64,000 nucleotides of DNA from Heptranchias perlo. Its lineage: Eukaryota. This document shows positions 1 through 13,059 of this stretch, piece by piece. The stretch spans positions 62,992,001 to 63,056,000 of the forward strand of contig NC_090334.1 of assembly GCF_035084215.1 (NCBI RefSeq), given 5' to 3'. Made by a program: the position numbers and the translations under genes. A model generated the notes under the pieces. That model was not told the DNA's origin, did no database searches, and was given only the letters and a program-made list of their open reading frames with translations. How positions within the stretch are numbered: position 1 is the first letter of the stretch; every line of letters starts with the position of its first letter.

Positions 1-84
1 CTGGACACCAAGGAAACTACTCTTGCTCTTCTAGAGTTTAAAGTTATTTAGCCTAAAGACTTCCTTTAATCAACTTAGATTAGC

Positions 85-665
85 TTATCTACTGCTGAAA
101 CCCTCATTTATGCCTTTGTTGCCTCTAGACTTGGCTATTCCAATGCTCCTGGCCAGCCTCCCATCTTCCACCCTCCATAAACTTGAGCTCATCCAAAACT
201 CTGCTGCACGTATCTTAACTCACACCATGTCCCATTCACCCATCACCGCTGTGCTTGCAGACCGTTCCGGGAATGCCTCGATTTTAAAATTCTCATCTTT
301 GTTTTCATTTCCCTCCATGGCCTCGCCCCTCCCTATTTCTGTAATCTCCTACAACCCTGAGATCTCTGCACTCCTCCATTTCTTGCCTTTGAGTATTCCC
401 TTTTTTAATCGCTCCACCATTGGTGGTCACGCCTTCAGCTGCCATGGGGCTAAACTCTGGAATTCCCTCCCTAAACCTCTCCTCCTCTCTATCTCTCTCT
501 CCTTCTTTAAGATGCTCCTTAAAACCTACCTCTTTGACCAAGCCTGTCCTAATATCTCCTTATGTGGCTCGGTGTCAAATTTTGTTTGATAATCGCTCCT
601 CAGCATGTGAAATGCCTTGGGATGTTTTACTACGTTAAAGGCGCTATATAAATGCACTTTGTTAT
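85..665 (+). mobile_element. L2-type LINE 3' fragment
   Basis: Degraded ORF2 C-terminus (LELIQNSAARILT...HAFSCHGAKLWNSLP...FKMLLKTYLF) followed by the tail ...GGCGCTATATAAATGCA, which recurs at ~23525 and ~25630. Confidence 0.8.
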
Positions 666-1254
666 TGCTGCTGTTTTATTCAGTTTTCTGTTGTAATTTA
701 CCTGTAATTACATCATGTTGTACAATTAAAACAACTGCATCTGAGAATGCATTCTCAAGCAGATTTTATCAATTGTTAGATGGTCTGTGTTCTATTATTT
801 AATTGATTAATGAAGTGCTTTGCATTTATCTCATGATCATTTTGTATGACAGAAATCTATTACAAATTCATTAATTAAAAAGTAAAAAAGAAAAACAATG
901 AAGAGGAATGAAGGGGAAAATCTATATTTAAATTTCGATTGAAGCCACTTTACAGTAAATGATTCCTCAATTGATTCAATTATTACAAATGATTTTCTTC
1001 CAAATCTTCAAACCTCTGGAAACCAAATCTTCAGTTTAAAAATAAATCTGACAGAAGCCCCTTCAGTAGCTCAGTGAGTTTACACAAACACACAAAATAA
1101 GAAGAATAAAAAAAGACCACCGGCCTATAAAGCTCACTCCATCCTGTCAAAGATGCAACCTTTCACAGCACTCACTTCCCCCCCCTTCCATCTCCTGGGA
1201 GAGGCATAAAAGAAAGGCAAAAAATCTGTGGCCAATTCAGGAAAAACACATCCA

Positions 1255-1430
1255 GGTGAGTGACTGAGCCACATAGTTGAGGGAGGTCTCAAGTTTAGTG
1301 CTTGGTCTGGACTGAGTTATCTGTTATCAGCTAAACAGTAGAATTGCTACAATTGGCTTCAGTGGATAGGGTGAGAGATCAGCAGAGTTATATCCCAACA
1401 GAGTGCCCAAGCCTCCAGGAGAGGAGAAAA
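1255..1430 (+). mobile_element. Degenerate tRNA-derived SINE (AmnSINE2-like), old copy
   Basis: ACTGAGCCA...GGTCT..ACTGAGTTA.CTG.TATCAGC...CTACAATTGGC.TCAGTG motif shared with copies at ~5655, ~43245, ~46800 and ~61750. The family name is from memory. Confidence 0.45.
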
Positions 1431-1864
1431 ACGGCATGATAGACAAACAAACACATCTGACACTACGGTTAATGGCCAATGTTGAGAAATTTTATGCAAC
1501 AACTGAATAGAAAAACACTATGGCCCTTGGTTCTATGCTCCCAATTTTACCGCAGTTGAAGACATTTCATGAATGTTATTTTTCCCCTTCTCAACCACAC
1601 AAAGATTGTAGGTGAGGGAAAGAATGGGGGGAATGGGTGGGGGGAAATCGTAAAAAGTGGATATATTTAAGAAAAAGCATTGGGAATATGATAAGAAAAA
1701 GCTGCACGTGTGTATGTTTCAGGTCAAAATTACAACCCATCTCCTCAAATCAATTGTTTCCAATTTTCGTTGGCTGACAAGTAACCCAGCAGAATTTCAA
1801 ACAAAAGAATTGAAAATGGATTGGAGAGACTCAAACTTATCCTAGTTCACTTAAATAGGAAGGG

Positions 1865-2190
1865 TCAAGCTTGCATTTATCTATCATGTTTCACATTTTC
1901 AGGATGTTCCAATGTGCTTCAGAACCAATGAATTACTTTTGAAGTGTAGTCACTATTGTTATGTAGGCAAACATGGCAGCCAATATAAACACAGCAAAAA
2001 GCCACAAACAACAAATGAAATATATTACCAGTTAATTGGTTTTCATTGCATTGGTTGAGAGGAATATTGGCAGAACACCAGGAGAACTCTGTGTTCATCT
2101 TCAAATGGTGCCACGCCCAGCTGAATAATGGGTGGGACCGAGGTTTAATATCTTATCTGAAAGACTGCAATGCAGCATCTCCCTCGGTAA
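1865..2190 (-). mobile_element. Deu-domain SINE (SacSINE1-like), degenerate
   Basis: Aligns by eye to the cleaner copy at 13060-13515 (CTTGCATTTAT...CCAATGAA.TACTTTTGAAGTGTAGTCACT...). Confidence 0.6.
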
Positions 2191-3074
2191 GAGAGACAAA
2201 CATGAGGAAAAGGGAGCAATCCATACCCGAGGTTTGCTTTCTATTACAAAAGGAACTAATTCTCTTACGTTAATGAAAAAGTCAGGTCGTTCCATTTGTG
2301 AAATGTTAGAGACTAGTGAATCAGCAGCTCAACTGTTGTTCCTTTGGATGCCTGTTCCTGTAGTTCAGGCCTCCATGGACATATTTGAAAATGGATATGT
2401 TCTTGCAGTTTCCAGGCCAACATCCCTCCCTTTACCAACATCACCAAAAAACGAAGGAACTAGTCATTTATCTCACTGTTGTTTGCAAGGTCTTGCTGAG
2501 AACAAATTGGCTGCTGCGTTTCCCTTCATTTCAGTTACTCTACTTCAAAGTAGTTCAATGTATGTGAAGGGCTTTGAAACGTTTTGAGTGATACGACAAT
2601 ATAACTGCAAGCCTTCCTTTTTCTTTCTATCTGCATGCAAACAGAGTCAAGTCTCACAGCTGATTATTTGCTTGTCTCAATCTCTCCAGTTTAATGACAT
2701 TCCAGTCAGATCCATAGGAACACATTAGGAGAAATCAAATCCCAGTGGATCAGCCCATGCAGAGGATGTCCCATTTCACAAATCTAACACATTACCCCAA
2801 TTCAGAGTGGAAGTACCACATTCCCCAACAGGTTCTATGACAAGAGCACATCTAGAGGATGAAGACATGTGAGATGCTACCTTCACAATGGTGTACTCAA
2901 AATAGCACGCCAAGCGATGGAAGGGAAGGAACCAAATTATTTCCTCCCTAAATAGTATAAATATCGTGGTTGTCGCGATATAACGGACACTGTTGAATTA
3001 TGGTGCATACATGGCAACCTAGAAAACTAGTAAAAGCTGACACAGCCCCACTAAAAGCTGAAACTCAAGAATGG

Positions 3075-3500
3075 TCCTCTCCCTCTTCCACCCTCAATTC
3101 AAGATAGCACTCTTCTACTCTCCAATCCAGTTCAAGTCGGTACTCTTATTTCCACATTCCCCGTTCAAGCTGGCATTCATCTTTTCCCCCCTCCCCCCCC
3201 CCCAATTCAAGCTGGCACTCTTACCCTCTTCCTCCCACCACTGCAACTGGTGTTTCATTCCCCTCAGCTAATGCTCCAACTCTCCCTTCTCGTTAATACT
3301 GGCACTTTCCTTCCTCCCACATCCCAAAGCATCTTTACCCTCTTCCCCCAAAGTACTGCTTTGAGATTCTATTCACTTCTCTTTCTTTCCTTTGTTTCCA
3401 CTTTCACTTCATTGCCATCCATTTCCCACTTCCCTTCTCCTGTTCATTGTCACGTGTTTCTCCCTTTCCCTCTAACTGCTGCTCCTCCTAAAGTCCTGTT
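3075..3500. repeat. Pyrimidine-rich low-complexity tract with a degenerate repeat (TTCAAGCTGGCACTC-like units)
   Basis: About 4-5 imperfect copies of CAATTCAAGCTGGCACTC separated by C/T runs. Confidence 0.5.
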
Positions 3501-4550
3501 GCTAATGGAAGGGTTCCAGTCATTGCATACCATGGGTGGGACCACCTGTTCTCATGGGAACTCCCACCTACATAATGCAGTGGCTGGAATAATTTCCGTT
3601 AGCAGCAGAACTCTCATAGGACTGGCATCAAGGGAGAGGGGCCTGCTTTGCATGGATTTTTTTGTCAGCAAAAGTTGGCACGCGGATAGGGTCTTCAAAA
3701 CAACAAAGGTCAGCATGTATGTGGGAGCCATTTACTTGTAACTATCGATAGTATTGGTTTTATACTGAATGCCTACTTACGAAAAAATTTTGCTTTAATA
3801 AAACTGAAGTTCAGTTCTAACATAGCAATGGCAGCTTGACATTCCAAGCAGAAAGGACACAATTTAAATGAAATTCTTCCATCTCAACTCTTTGAATCAA
3901 GCCTAAACTAGCAAGACAACCTCCTATGGATTCAATGGAATTTTCTGCCATTCATATGAACAGCAACAAGCACAAAATAAATTATCCAGTCAATGAAAGC
4001 AGGAAAATAAGGAGGATACTCCCAAGTAATACAGAGAGGGCTTTAGTCGCACAAAATGACTGAGTCACCACTCCACAATCCCTTCATTCATTCTGCTATT
4101 ATTAACACCGACTCTTAGATTAGCAATTTCTTACATCTGATTTAATATCATTTACAATGCTTTGGGGAGACAAAAGCAGTTTCTTGAGTGGGCCATACGG
4201 GCTGTTCAGTAAGATCATGTTTGTTATTTCAAACTCCAAACTGGAGAGATTCCTCTACTTAGTACATGAGAAATCAACCATTTAGCAGCTCAAAAGAAGA
4301 CTGATGTCCTTTCTCCCATGGCATTTTCATCAAAGCCAACATTAAACAGACCCCCCCCCTTAAAAGTAATTCACAATCCCCTTTGTGAAATAGAATCACA
4401 AAAAGGTCAAGGCACACAGTCTATATGGGATGCCCTTGATGCATCAATTCCATCAAACAAACCCACAACTTCTACTTTTAGAATGTTGCTGAACGTGAAT
4501 CAACAGATCAAACAAGTATCAGCAACTAGAATGAAGATATTATGACTCAC

Positions 4551-4575
4551 CTGTACAACATCTATGCCTCTTTTC
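4551..4575 (-). CDS. ITPK1: ITPK1 25-bp coding micro-exon (second coding exon)
   Basis: Minus strand reads ttttctag|G AAA AGA GGC ATA GAT GTT GTA CAG|gtgagt = (R)KRGIDVVQ, matching human ITPK1 RKRGMEVVQ. Its phase fits the upstream exon, which ends ...TGC AG. Confidence 0.92.
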
Positions 4576-5654
4576 CTAGAAAAGAAAAGACACAATAATT
4601 AAAGAAATGCAGTCTTTGCATAATAGAACACACTGCAGAAATATACAGCTTCAAAACAATAAGCTGTAAAAAGTAAATTATGTTTCTGTTTTTCCAGCAA
4701 AATGAAGTTCCTCAAACTCTGTTTTACAAAGCACAAGAACAAGGATCTTACAAGGATTTTCAACAAACACAACTGGACAGCTAGAATCTCAAAGACTCAA
4801 ATAGTTTTGTATTTTTGCAGATGGTCCCAAAATTTCGGCCTATTTCAGGTCTTAAAAGGGCGAATAAATGCACAAACACAAATTAAAAATAATTATGTCT
4901 TGTGCTCACCAATGTGGCTGGGAAATGAAAGCATGGTCACTGGTTTTCAATCAGACAGCACAATTTTTGAAAATAAGATGACTTGTAAATTTCTAACATG
5001 TGAACCAAACTCCAAAAATTCCAGTTTTTAAAAATTACTACTACCAATACAAGCAATTCGGTCAAGAGATTTGCAATTTTGGTCCTACTCGCAAATCTTT
5101 GTTGATTACAATTGGCACCAACTAGCAAAGGCTGAAATTGGCCTACAAAATCTGCACTTTCCTGCTCAGGGTTCTACAGAGACATCTGCCAGATCAAGGA
5201 GATTCTAGGTGCGGCAAGAACAGACAGCAAGCATACATTTAAAACACACAAAAAAAATTATTGTAAATAAATACACAATGTACTTTATTCCAATTTGTTC
5301 CAGTACTTTGGTTTGAAAATGTTTTATCAAATATTTTGTTAAACAGCATAGGAACCTCCTGTTCAATATCAATTAAGATGGTGTGTTACTGACGTCAAAC
5401 GATTTTTCTCAGCCATGGTTCCACCCTGCGCCTCACTCATAACCTACACCACGTTTGGTTTGCGAAGTTCAAAACCAATCAAAGAAATATAGTGACAATC
5501 CTAAATGGAAGGTTTTCCTTTTTTCGCCCAGTGACAGAATCAGTATGGTCTGTTTGATCAAGGCACAGATTTGCCCCTATACTGTCCCATCAATATCCCT
5601 ATATCCAAATCTTGAAAGAGAAAAATATTCATTTCTTTTTCACCAGGTAAAAGC

Positions 5655-5970
5655 ATTGAGCCATCCAGACCATTAAGGACCCAGGTTCTATCATTAGTCA
5701 ACACTGAGTTTGTTTATCTCAGCCAGTGTGAAGCAATTAGCCTCATTACGGATTTTGGGAGGGGCTCACACTCCTAATCTTTGCAAAGGCACATGTGGGC
5801 ATTGTACGGGAACAAGGACAGGCTAGGCTGTACCGGCCCTGCCCAGCCATAGTTCACCAACACTTATTGTCCAAGCATGCATAGGAAGAATAGCTAAATG
5901 AGTGAGGTCCCATAGGGCTACTGGCACCTAGGAAATGGACCCCAGCATGGGTCACTACCTTCAAGGAAGA
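5655..5970 (+). mobile_element. AmnSINE2-like tRNA-derived SINE, degenerate
   Basis: TTGAGCCATCCAGACCA..AAGGACCCAGGTTC...ACTGAGTTTG.TTATCTCAGCCAG; same family as the ~1255 and ~46800 copies. Confidence 0.5.
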
Positions 5971-7194
5971 ACAAAAGATTAATATTTAGGAATAGAAAAA
6001 AAGATCATTGGGCCCAACAAGCCCATACCTTGCTCATAGATCAGTGGCACCTACCTACCTTCTTTCCATATCCCTCTGTCCCTTCTCGCTCAAAAAATGC
6101 ATCAAATTGTCTTTCAAAGCCAAACAATGTCTGTTTTCTATTCAGTGTGTCTGATAACTTTTTTTACCCTTTTGGTGAAAAAGTTCCATTTTCTTACTCC
6201 TAGCTTTTTTAAATGTTTAAATGTTCATCCCTTGACATTTGACATCTCTATTTGCAGGTGGTGGGAGGAGGAAAAAGAGAGAAGCAAGTACTTCCGATTT
6301 TTAAATTCTTTATTGGCATTTGACATAACAGCTGATATGGAGTCCACTCTCAATCATTGCGGCTGCAATCAAACCAATTCTAAAGAGCTTCTCCACACCC
6401 TCCATGCTGTGAACATTCTTTGGATTCTATGAGAGAATTTCAAGATGGTGATCCTAGATTTAAACTTGTAATCAAAATGTTTTAAATTTTTTTTTGAAAT
6501 CGCTTTTTGTGCAAAGTGAAACATATGCCAAGAAAATAAAAAGCCCATTTTCAACAAATGAAACAGAGTGCAAAATCCAATTATTGAAGTGGTGCTCAAA
6601 TTTTTCAAACTGGGCGTCACCAAGAGAACCTGATTTTCTGGCACCCCTCTAGCTAATGATAGTGATACCAATAAATCTGTAGGAAAAAATCTCTCTGACT
6701 TCTTCCTCCTTGGACTTGGAACAGCCAAGTTTTCCTCACCAGAACTGCCAAATTTATTCCAGAATTCTCTGATGTTAGTAGCAGAAGGAATCTCTATCAC
6801 TTTCTACCTGTGTTCATGAATTGTTCCAAAGAGAATTTTTTTTAAATTAATTTTCATGTGAAAAATATGAATGTTAATTTGTCCCTAATTCCCCTCAAAA
6901 CTCTATCACTCATTCCCTAGCTGAGAGGGCAACAGACAACCTGCAGACAAGGATTGGGGGCCCCACTAGGAGATGCTCAACAGTGGTATGGAGTGACTCA
7001 CATCTGGGTTCTACACCCTCCCACTTGCCCTCGATATCCCGCTGGAAATCAGGAACTCTGCGGGCTGAGAGCTACCACGTCCTGGCACTCTGTGGCACTG
7101 CACATTTGTGGAAGGCTAACCACTAAAAGAATTCAGTACTAACAGTAAATCTCAAAGCAAGCAAGAAAGAAAGCAAGTAAGAAAGCAAGAAGCA

Positions 7195-7366
7195 AGAAAG
7201 AATTGCATTTATATCGCGCCTTTCATGACCTCACAATGTTCCAAAGTGCATTACAGCCAATGAAGTACTTTTTGAAATGTAGTCACTGTTGTAATGTAGG
7301 AAACCCGGCAGATAATTTGCACATAGTAAGGTCCCACAAACAGCAATGAGATAATGACCAGATAAT
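7195..7366 (-). mobile_element. Deu-domain SINE, 3' half (split by a Harbinger insertion)
   Basis: Colinear with ~13065-13225 and resumes at 8797 after the inserted element. Confidence 0.8.
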
Positions 7367-8796
7367 GGGAGAAAAAGTGGATAGAGCCTGTTATTGGGCG
7401 GGGGTAGCGCTATCCGCTATTACCCTACGCGAGCTGGATGAGACTTTGGTCAGGCCTGAGGACTTACCTGCAATCTGCGTTGGAAATCAGTGTTGAATGA
7501 AGATTCCATGCAATTTGCACCTTTCACCAGCAGGGGGAGCTCCAAAATCTTAAAGGCAGGCTGTCTCTTAAAAATCTCTTAAAAAAGGTAGCTGGTACCT
7601 GTTATTTGCTGAAAATAACAGTCTGCTGTCTGCACGGAGTCTGAATGGAGATCAGACATCGCACACACAAAACACAGATGCAGCTCCCAAACCTATGTTT
7701 ACAAACTGATGAGTTATGTTAAAACATTGAATAAAGGTTGCGCACTACTAAATCCCACATCCTCCAATCTGCATGCCAGACCTCACCAATCTGCCGATTG
7801 GTCAAGTGAGTGAGATCAACTGTCAAATGGCATCTCCTACCAACTGCACCACTAGCCGTATCCACTGCTCCACGCACTAAACCCCCCATCACCCACATAC
7901 CAACAAACTCTTTCCATCAGTACTTCCTCTCACTCTTACACGTAACCACTGTTATGGAGTGACTCACATCTGGGTCTTACACGTAACCACTGTTGCAAGC
8001 CGCCCACCCAAACTCACACAGCACACACACTGGCAGCTATTCAACCATGATAGGCACATCACCCAGACACAAGTCCTGCTTTCTTGCAGGAGAAGGTGGC
8101 GCATCTCAGGAAGCAGCTAGTGGCAGTGGCATTTAGCCCCTTGAGCCTGTTCTGCCATTCAATGAGATCATGGTGGACCTGTGACCTAACTCCATATACC
8201 CACCTTAACCCCATATTCCTTAATACCCTTGGTTCACAGAAATCTATCAATCTCAGATTTAGAATTCACAATTGAGCTGGCATCAACTGCCGTTTGCAGA
8301 AGAGCGTTCCAAACTTCTCCCACCCTTAGCGTGTAGAAGCATTTCCTCACTTTGCTCCTGCACATCCTGGCTCTAAATGTTAGGCTATGTGCCCTAGTCC
8401 TAGTATTCAAATCTAGACCACCACAAATAGTTACAAATGTCTCAGCAGCCAGAAGCAATAATCCAGCCACTAACCTGTAAATCCTGCATGGTCTCTTTAA
8501 ATGGCGATGGTGGGGGTCCTCCAGGAACTCTAAGGCATGTTCAGATGGTCAGGGTTAAGTTGTGCATGGAGTTGAGCGTTAAGTCCCAAAATGGTGTCTA
8601 TCACTAATTGTATTCATTTTCTCCTTACTTCACATGCTTCCGGCATTCGTTATCTGCACCTGTTAACTCCTATACCAAGATGGCATCCGGCGCACATCAC
8701 GCTGGAAATGTGTGCGCAGCCAAGACGCTATCTTGGCACTTCGGGAGGCCGCGTAGCACCGAAACAACGGGCGCTACACGGCCCAATTTAGCGCCC
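7367..8796. mobile_element. Non-autonomous PIF/Harbinger-type DNA transposon inserted into a SINE, with a nested CR1 fragment
   Basis: 3-bp TSD AAT (7364-7366 and 8797-8799). Imperfect TIRs GGGAGAAAAAGTGG / CCAATTTAGCGCCC. The insertion splits an otherwise continuous SINE. Confidence 0.7.
8108..8402 (-). mobile_element. CR1 LINE 3' fragment nested in the Harbinger element
   Basis: Minus-strand translation RTRAHSL...RKCFYTLRVGEVWNAL...KSEIDRFL plus the CR1 3' UTR; similar to 50160-50460. Confidence 0.8.
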
Positions 8797-9085
8797 AATG
8801 TTTTTTTCTTTAAGTGATATTGGTTGAGGGATAAATGTTGGCCTGTACACCGGGGAGAACTCCCCTGCTCTCTTTCACCGGAATCTTTTACGTCCACCTG
8901 AGAGGGCAGATGGAGCCTCGGTTTGTCTAATCCGAAAGACGCCACCTCAGACAGTGCAGCACTCCCTCAGTACTGCACTGGAACGTTAGTCTAGATTTTG
9001 TGCTCAAGTCCCTGGAGTGAGGCTTTAACCCACAACTTTCTGACTCAGAGGGGAGAGTGCTACCACTAAGCCACAACTGACAGCT
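8797..9085 (-). mobile_element. Deu-domain SINE, 5' half with tRNA-like head
   Basis: Reverse complement starts CAGTTGTGGCTTAGTGGTAG... (A box), followed by the Deu core GGTGGCGTCTTTCGGAT...GTGGACGTAAAAGAT. Confidence 0.8.
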
Positions 9086-9254
9086 CAATTGGAATCCTAG
9101 GACGTTGGCAGGATGCCCAAGAAAGGAAAACAAAACAGAGGCAACGATTAAAGCGCTGGGCCCAGGTACAGATTCTGTGTTCAAACAATTTCAAATTGAA
9201 ATTGACTGACAGCACAGCCACTGCTAAGCATGTCTACTCCACATGATTCTCATT

Positions 9255-9422
9255 TGAGGACTGATAAAAAGCATCTGGACAGTTACAAGGGTAAGATGGG
9301 TATAGAGGGATATGGGCCAAGTGCAGGCAATTGGGACTAGCTTAGTGGTATAAACTGGGCGACATGGACATGTTGGGCCGAAGGGCCTGTTTCCATGTTG
9401 TAAACTTCTATGATTCTATGAT
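9255..9422 (+). mobile_element. CR1-type 3' end with (ATTCTATG)n tail
   Basis: TTGGGCCGAAGGGCCTGTTTCC...TTCTATGATTCTATGA is a typical CR1 tail. Confidence 0.65.
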
Positions 9423-9539
9423 ATGCTGAACACAATCATACTGTACATTATGCAAAGTACATCATTTCAATACACAGGTGGTGATGTAAAATTTTCCATG
9501 CATTCAGTTGCAAATTAAGCTGCAAGGAAGGAGAACAAA

Positions 9540-10530
9540 TTTCTGTAAGCAGATTTAGATGCACTGGGAGAATGGGCCAAACTCTGGCAAATGGTGTTTA
9601 ACCTACGTTGTGTGATGCATGTGGGCAGGACCAACACCAAGTACACTTGCACTTTACATGGAACAGAAGTAAAAGTGATTGAGAGAGACAAGGATCTTGG
9701 GGGTATAGTTCATAATTCTCTAAAGGTTCATCATCAATGCTGAGAAGCCACAGCCCAAAGTAAATAGGCCGTTAGGTTGTAGTAACAGGGCCGTTCAACA
9801 TAAAACAAAGCATAACATTTTGTCTTTGTGCAAGACCTTGGTTAGACCACATTTAGAATACTGCATTCAGTTTTGGTCCCCTCATATGGGTGGGTGAAGA
9901 AAAGGTTCAGAGAAGGGCACTAAGAGTGATTCCCAGCTTCAACAACCTTAGTTACTCAGATAGGCTTAAAAAGCTGGGTCTATTCATGTTAGAGATGCAT
10001 AGACTTCGGGGTGATTTGAAAGAGGTATATAAAATAATTCAAAGGCTATATTGTGTTCCTACTGATAGACTGGAGAAGATCAGGGGTGACGTGTATAAAT
10101 TATGTAAGTCTAGGAGTAGGTCAGATGTTAGGCATTGCTTCTTTTCCCAGAGGATAGTAGACCTGTGGAACAAGTTGCTAGCTCATGCGGTGAGTGCTGA
10201 TTCTACATATCTTCAAAAGAGAGCTGGACCAATTACTGATTGGGGCAGAGATCACACCTTGTAGAACGGTAGGGGATATACCAGGTAATATAAGCATAGT
10301 CACTGTGATCTCTCAGGCTAGTTTTGATCGCCTAATTACCCAGATTTTTTCCCCTAATTATTCTTGGGTTTTTATCTGAGTTTTTTGCCTTCTCCCAGGA
10401 GATTACATGGCTACTGGTGGGTGGGGGAGGGGAGGGTGATCTTGATGCTTCAGGCATCACAACTGTGTGGGGCAGGCTTGATGAGCCCGATGGTGTTTTC
10501 CTGTCTATCATTCTCGTATGTTCATATGTT
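9540..10530 (+). mobile_element. CR1 LINE ORF2 3' portion, degraded
   Basis: Motifs [31 protein letters not shown]...YSDRLKKLGLF...RLRGDL, FFSQRIVDLWN. Confidence 0.85.
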
Positions 10531-11964
10531 TGTCGAAAGCACTCTGCATTTCATAAACTGTTTGGTAACGCATCGGCCAGCAATAAAATCTTGCACATCT
10601 GTGCACTGTTAAACTATGAGACAGTTTGAAGGAGGTATCTGAGCGGTGATCTTACAGGGGTAAACAAGATTGTTCCGAATATAGAAAAAGTTTTAACCTA
10701 AAATATTACTTCAAATTAAACTGGGAGTAAAACAAGGGGACACAGTTTCAAGCAAGTAAAAGGTAATGTTAGGATTAATGTCAGGAAGTTCTTCACACAG
10801 TGAACAATATGTGGAATAAACAACATCAACAACTTGCATTTATAGAGTGCCTTTAATGCAGTAAAACGACCCAGAGTGCTTCGCAGGAGCATTATCAGAA
10901 GGGGGGGGGGGGGGGGGGAGGTGAGCAGTCTGAGTGTGTAAAGACGTTAGCTTTGGGGGGGGCTAGAGGAAGCACTCCTGGATCTCCTGGCCCACTAACA
11001 GTGATGTAAATGCACTAACCTCATGGATCCGGCCCTTCTTGCCTCCTTTTACCTGCCGTTAATCCCACAGCCTGGAAAACCCGATGTCCATGGGTTAAAA
11101 ATAAAAATGTAGGTAAAATGGAGGCAAGCTGCCTCCTTAAAAGATTTCACTGACCGACCCGCCTCCTGAGAACGGCTTGGTCACCTGTTAAACCCAGAAG
11201 TGGGTCGCATGTCAAACTTCTATTATTTTTACTTCCCACCCATTCTTGAGGGTTAAAACTCCCCCCTTGGTAACATTTGAACTAGATGCATCTGCAGTGA
11301 CAGAGTTTAAGATGGACTTACACAAAGGTTCATAGAATGCAAACAGAACAAGTAATGTAGATCCCCCTATACAATTGTTTAAAAAATACCACATCAAATT
11401 GTAAGTCTCAAATATATCAAAACTTTATTTTGTGATGTTCCTTAGTATTTCTAGAACTCACAGTAATAAATAAAATCAAGTAGTTCTACAGCTTCTACCA
11501 TCACTTGGCTAAGGATGCCTGCTTACTAATATAATTGGTCACCCTACAGCGTAGCTTTAATGCGCTCGGTGATTAAAAAATAAATTTTCTTTTAAATTTA
11601 GATTTTTCTTCTCTCCCTCCTCCCTGAAGGCATTGACTCTTGCGAGGTTACGGTTCCAGAGTTGCCAGCCACCCTCTAGTACATCACCCAAGAAACCATT
11701 TTTCAAGTGTGAGTCAGGACAGTCATTGTTGGCAGGCTATTCAACAACAGGGAGCATCACAGCAAAGCCTGATTCTGACCTCACCCAATGTTGACACATA
11801 CGCGTCATCCAACAGCACTAATTGGGATAGCAACCAGGAGCTCACTGATTTTTCTCTCTCCTAACCCAGGGCTGCTTAGGCCAACTGTTGTGCTCCATTC
11901 AGCCACCCTGATTTACTAAAGTAGATCTGAGTAGAATTGGTGTACCAGCTTGTTATGCAATGGG

Positions 11965-12410
11965 AGGAACATAGGAACAGGAGGAGGCCATTCAGCCCCT
12001 TGAGCCTATTCCGCCATTCAATTAGATCATGGCTGATCTGTATCTCAAATCCATTTACCCGCCTTGGTTCTATGTCCCTTAATACCCTTGCCTAACAAAA
12101 ATCCAACAATCTCAGTTTTGTAACTTTCAGTTGACCTAGCCTCAACAACTTTTCGGGGGAAGATAGTTCCACAATTGCACTACCCTTTGTGTGAAGAAGT
12201 GCTTCCTGACATTAACCCTGAACGGCCTAGCTCTAATTTTAAGGTTATGCCCCCTTGTTCTGGACTCCCCCACCAGAGGAAACCGTTTCTCTCGATCCAC
12301 CCTATCAAATCCTACAATCATCTTAAATACCTCAATTAGATCACCCCTCGGTCTTCTATACTCAAGCCTAGTCCATACAACTTGTCATCATAATTTAACC
12401 CTTTTAGGGA
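11965..12410 (-). mobile_element. CR1 LINE 3' end
   Basis: Reverse complement encodes GESRTRGHNLKIRARPFRVNVRKHFFT and the conserved 3' UTR (CAGCCATGATCTAATTGAATGGCGG). Confidence 0.85.
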
Positions 12411-13059
12411 GGGCAGGGGTTTCAAGTCACCATTCCCTACACGTGAAATGCCCAATTATAACCACGGCTATTTGGCAGGGAGTGGGGGGTGGGGGGGAAT
12501 AAGCAGATCAATGAAACAGAAAGGCAAGTCACCTAGAACAGCAAAGGCAGAAGTCTGGGGATGTGCCACCTGCCTTCTTGGCCAGCAAAAGGCGTGCAGA
12601 AGAGAAGCAACTGAAAGGTTATTTTTCAAATTTAAAAAAAGGTAAATTAAAACCGATTAGAGCTGCACTTTTCTGGCACAAACCTGAACGTATTGTTCTG
12701 CCACTAAGATTACATACCTCTTTGACCATGTCCTCGGGTTTACTTGAATCACATAAAAGGAAGTGAATGTAGAACTACCGGTGGTCACATGGCAGTCCAA
12801 AGTTAACTCTGGAATATTTCCACACGCTTCCCAATCAAATTTGAATGAACTAATTTGATTAGCTGAATCCCAATAAAGGAAAAACTGTTTCATGAACCTT
12901 TTTGTTTTCGGCCATGTTGACATCGTGATGCGGTTACCGAGCTTATGTGATGATGCAGCGTACAATCACAGGTGCAAGCCCGATAGAAATATCCTCATGA
13001 TAGGACTCTGGTAGCATCCAACAATTGGAAGGTGGCATAGGTGGAAAATTGAAAAGAAA

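Noticed and set aside
10900-11270. Possible third Harbinger-type MITE (poly-G start, ...TTAAAACTCCCCCC end)
   Set aside because: The left terminus is obscured by a G run and no TSD could be assigned confidently.
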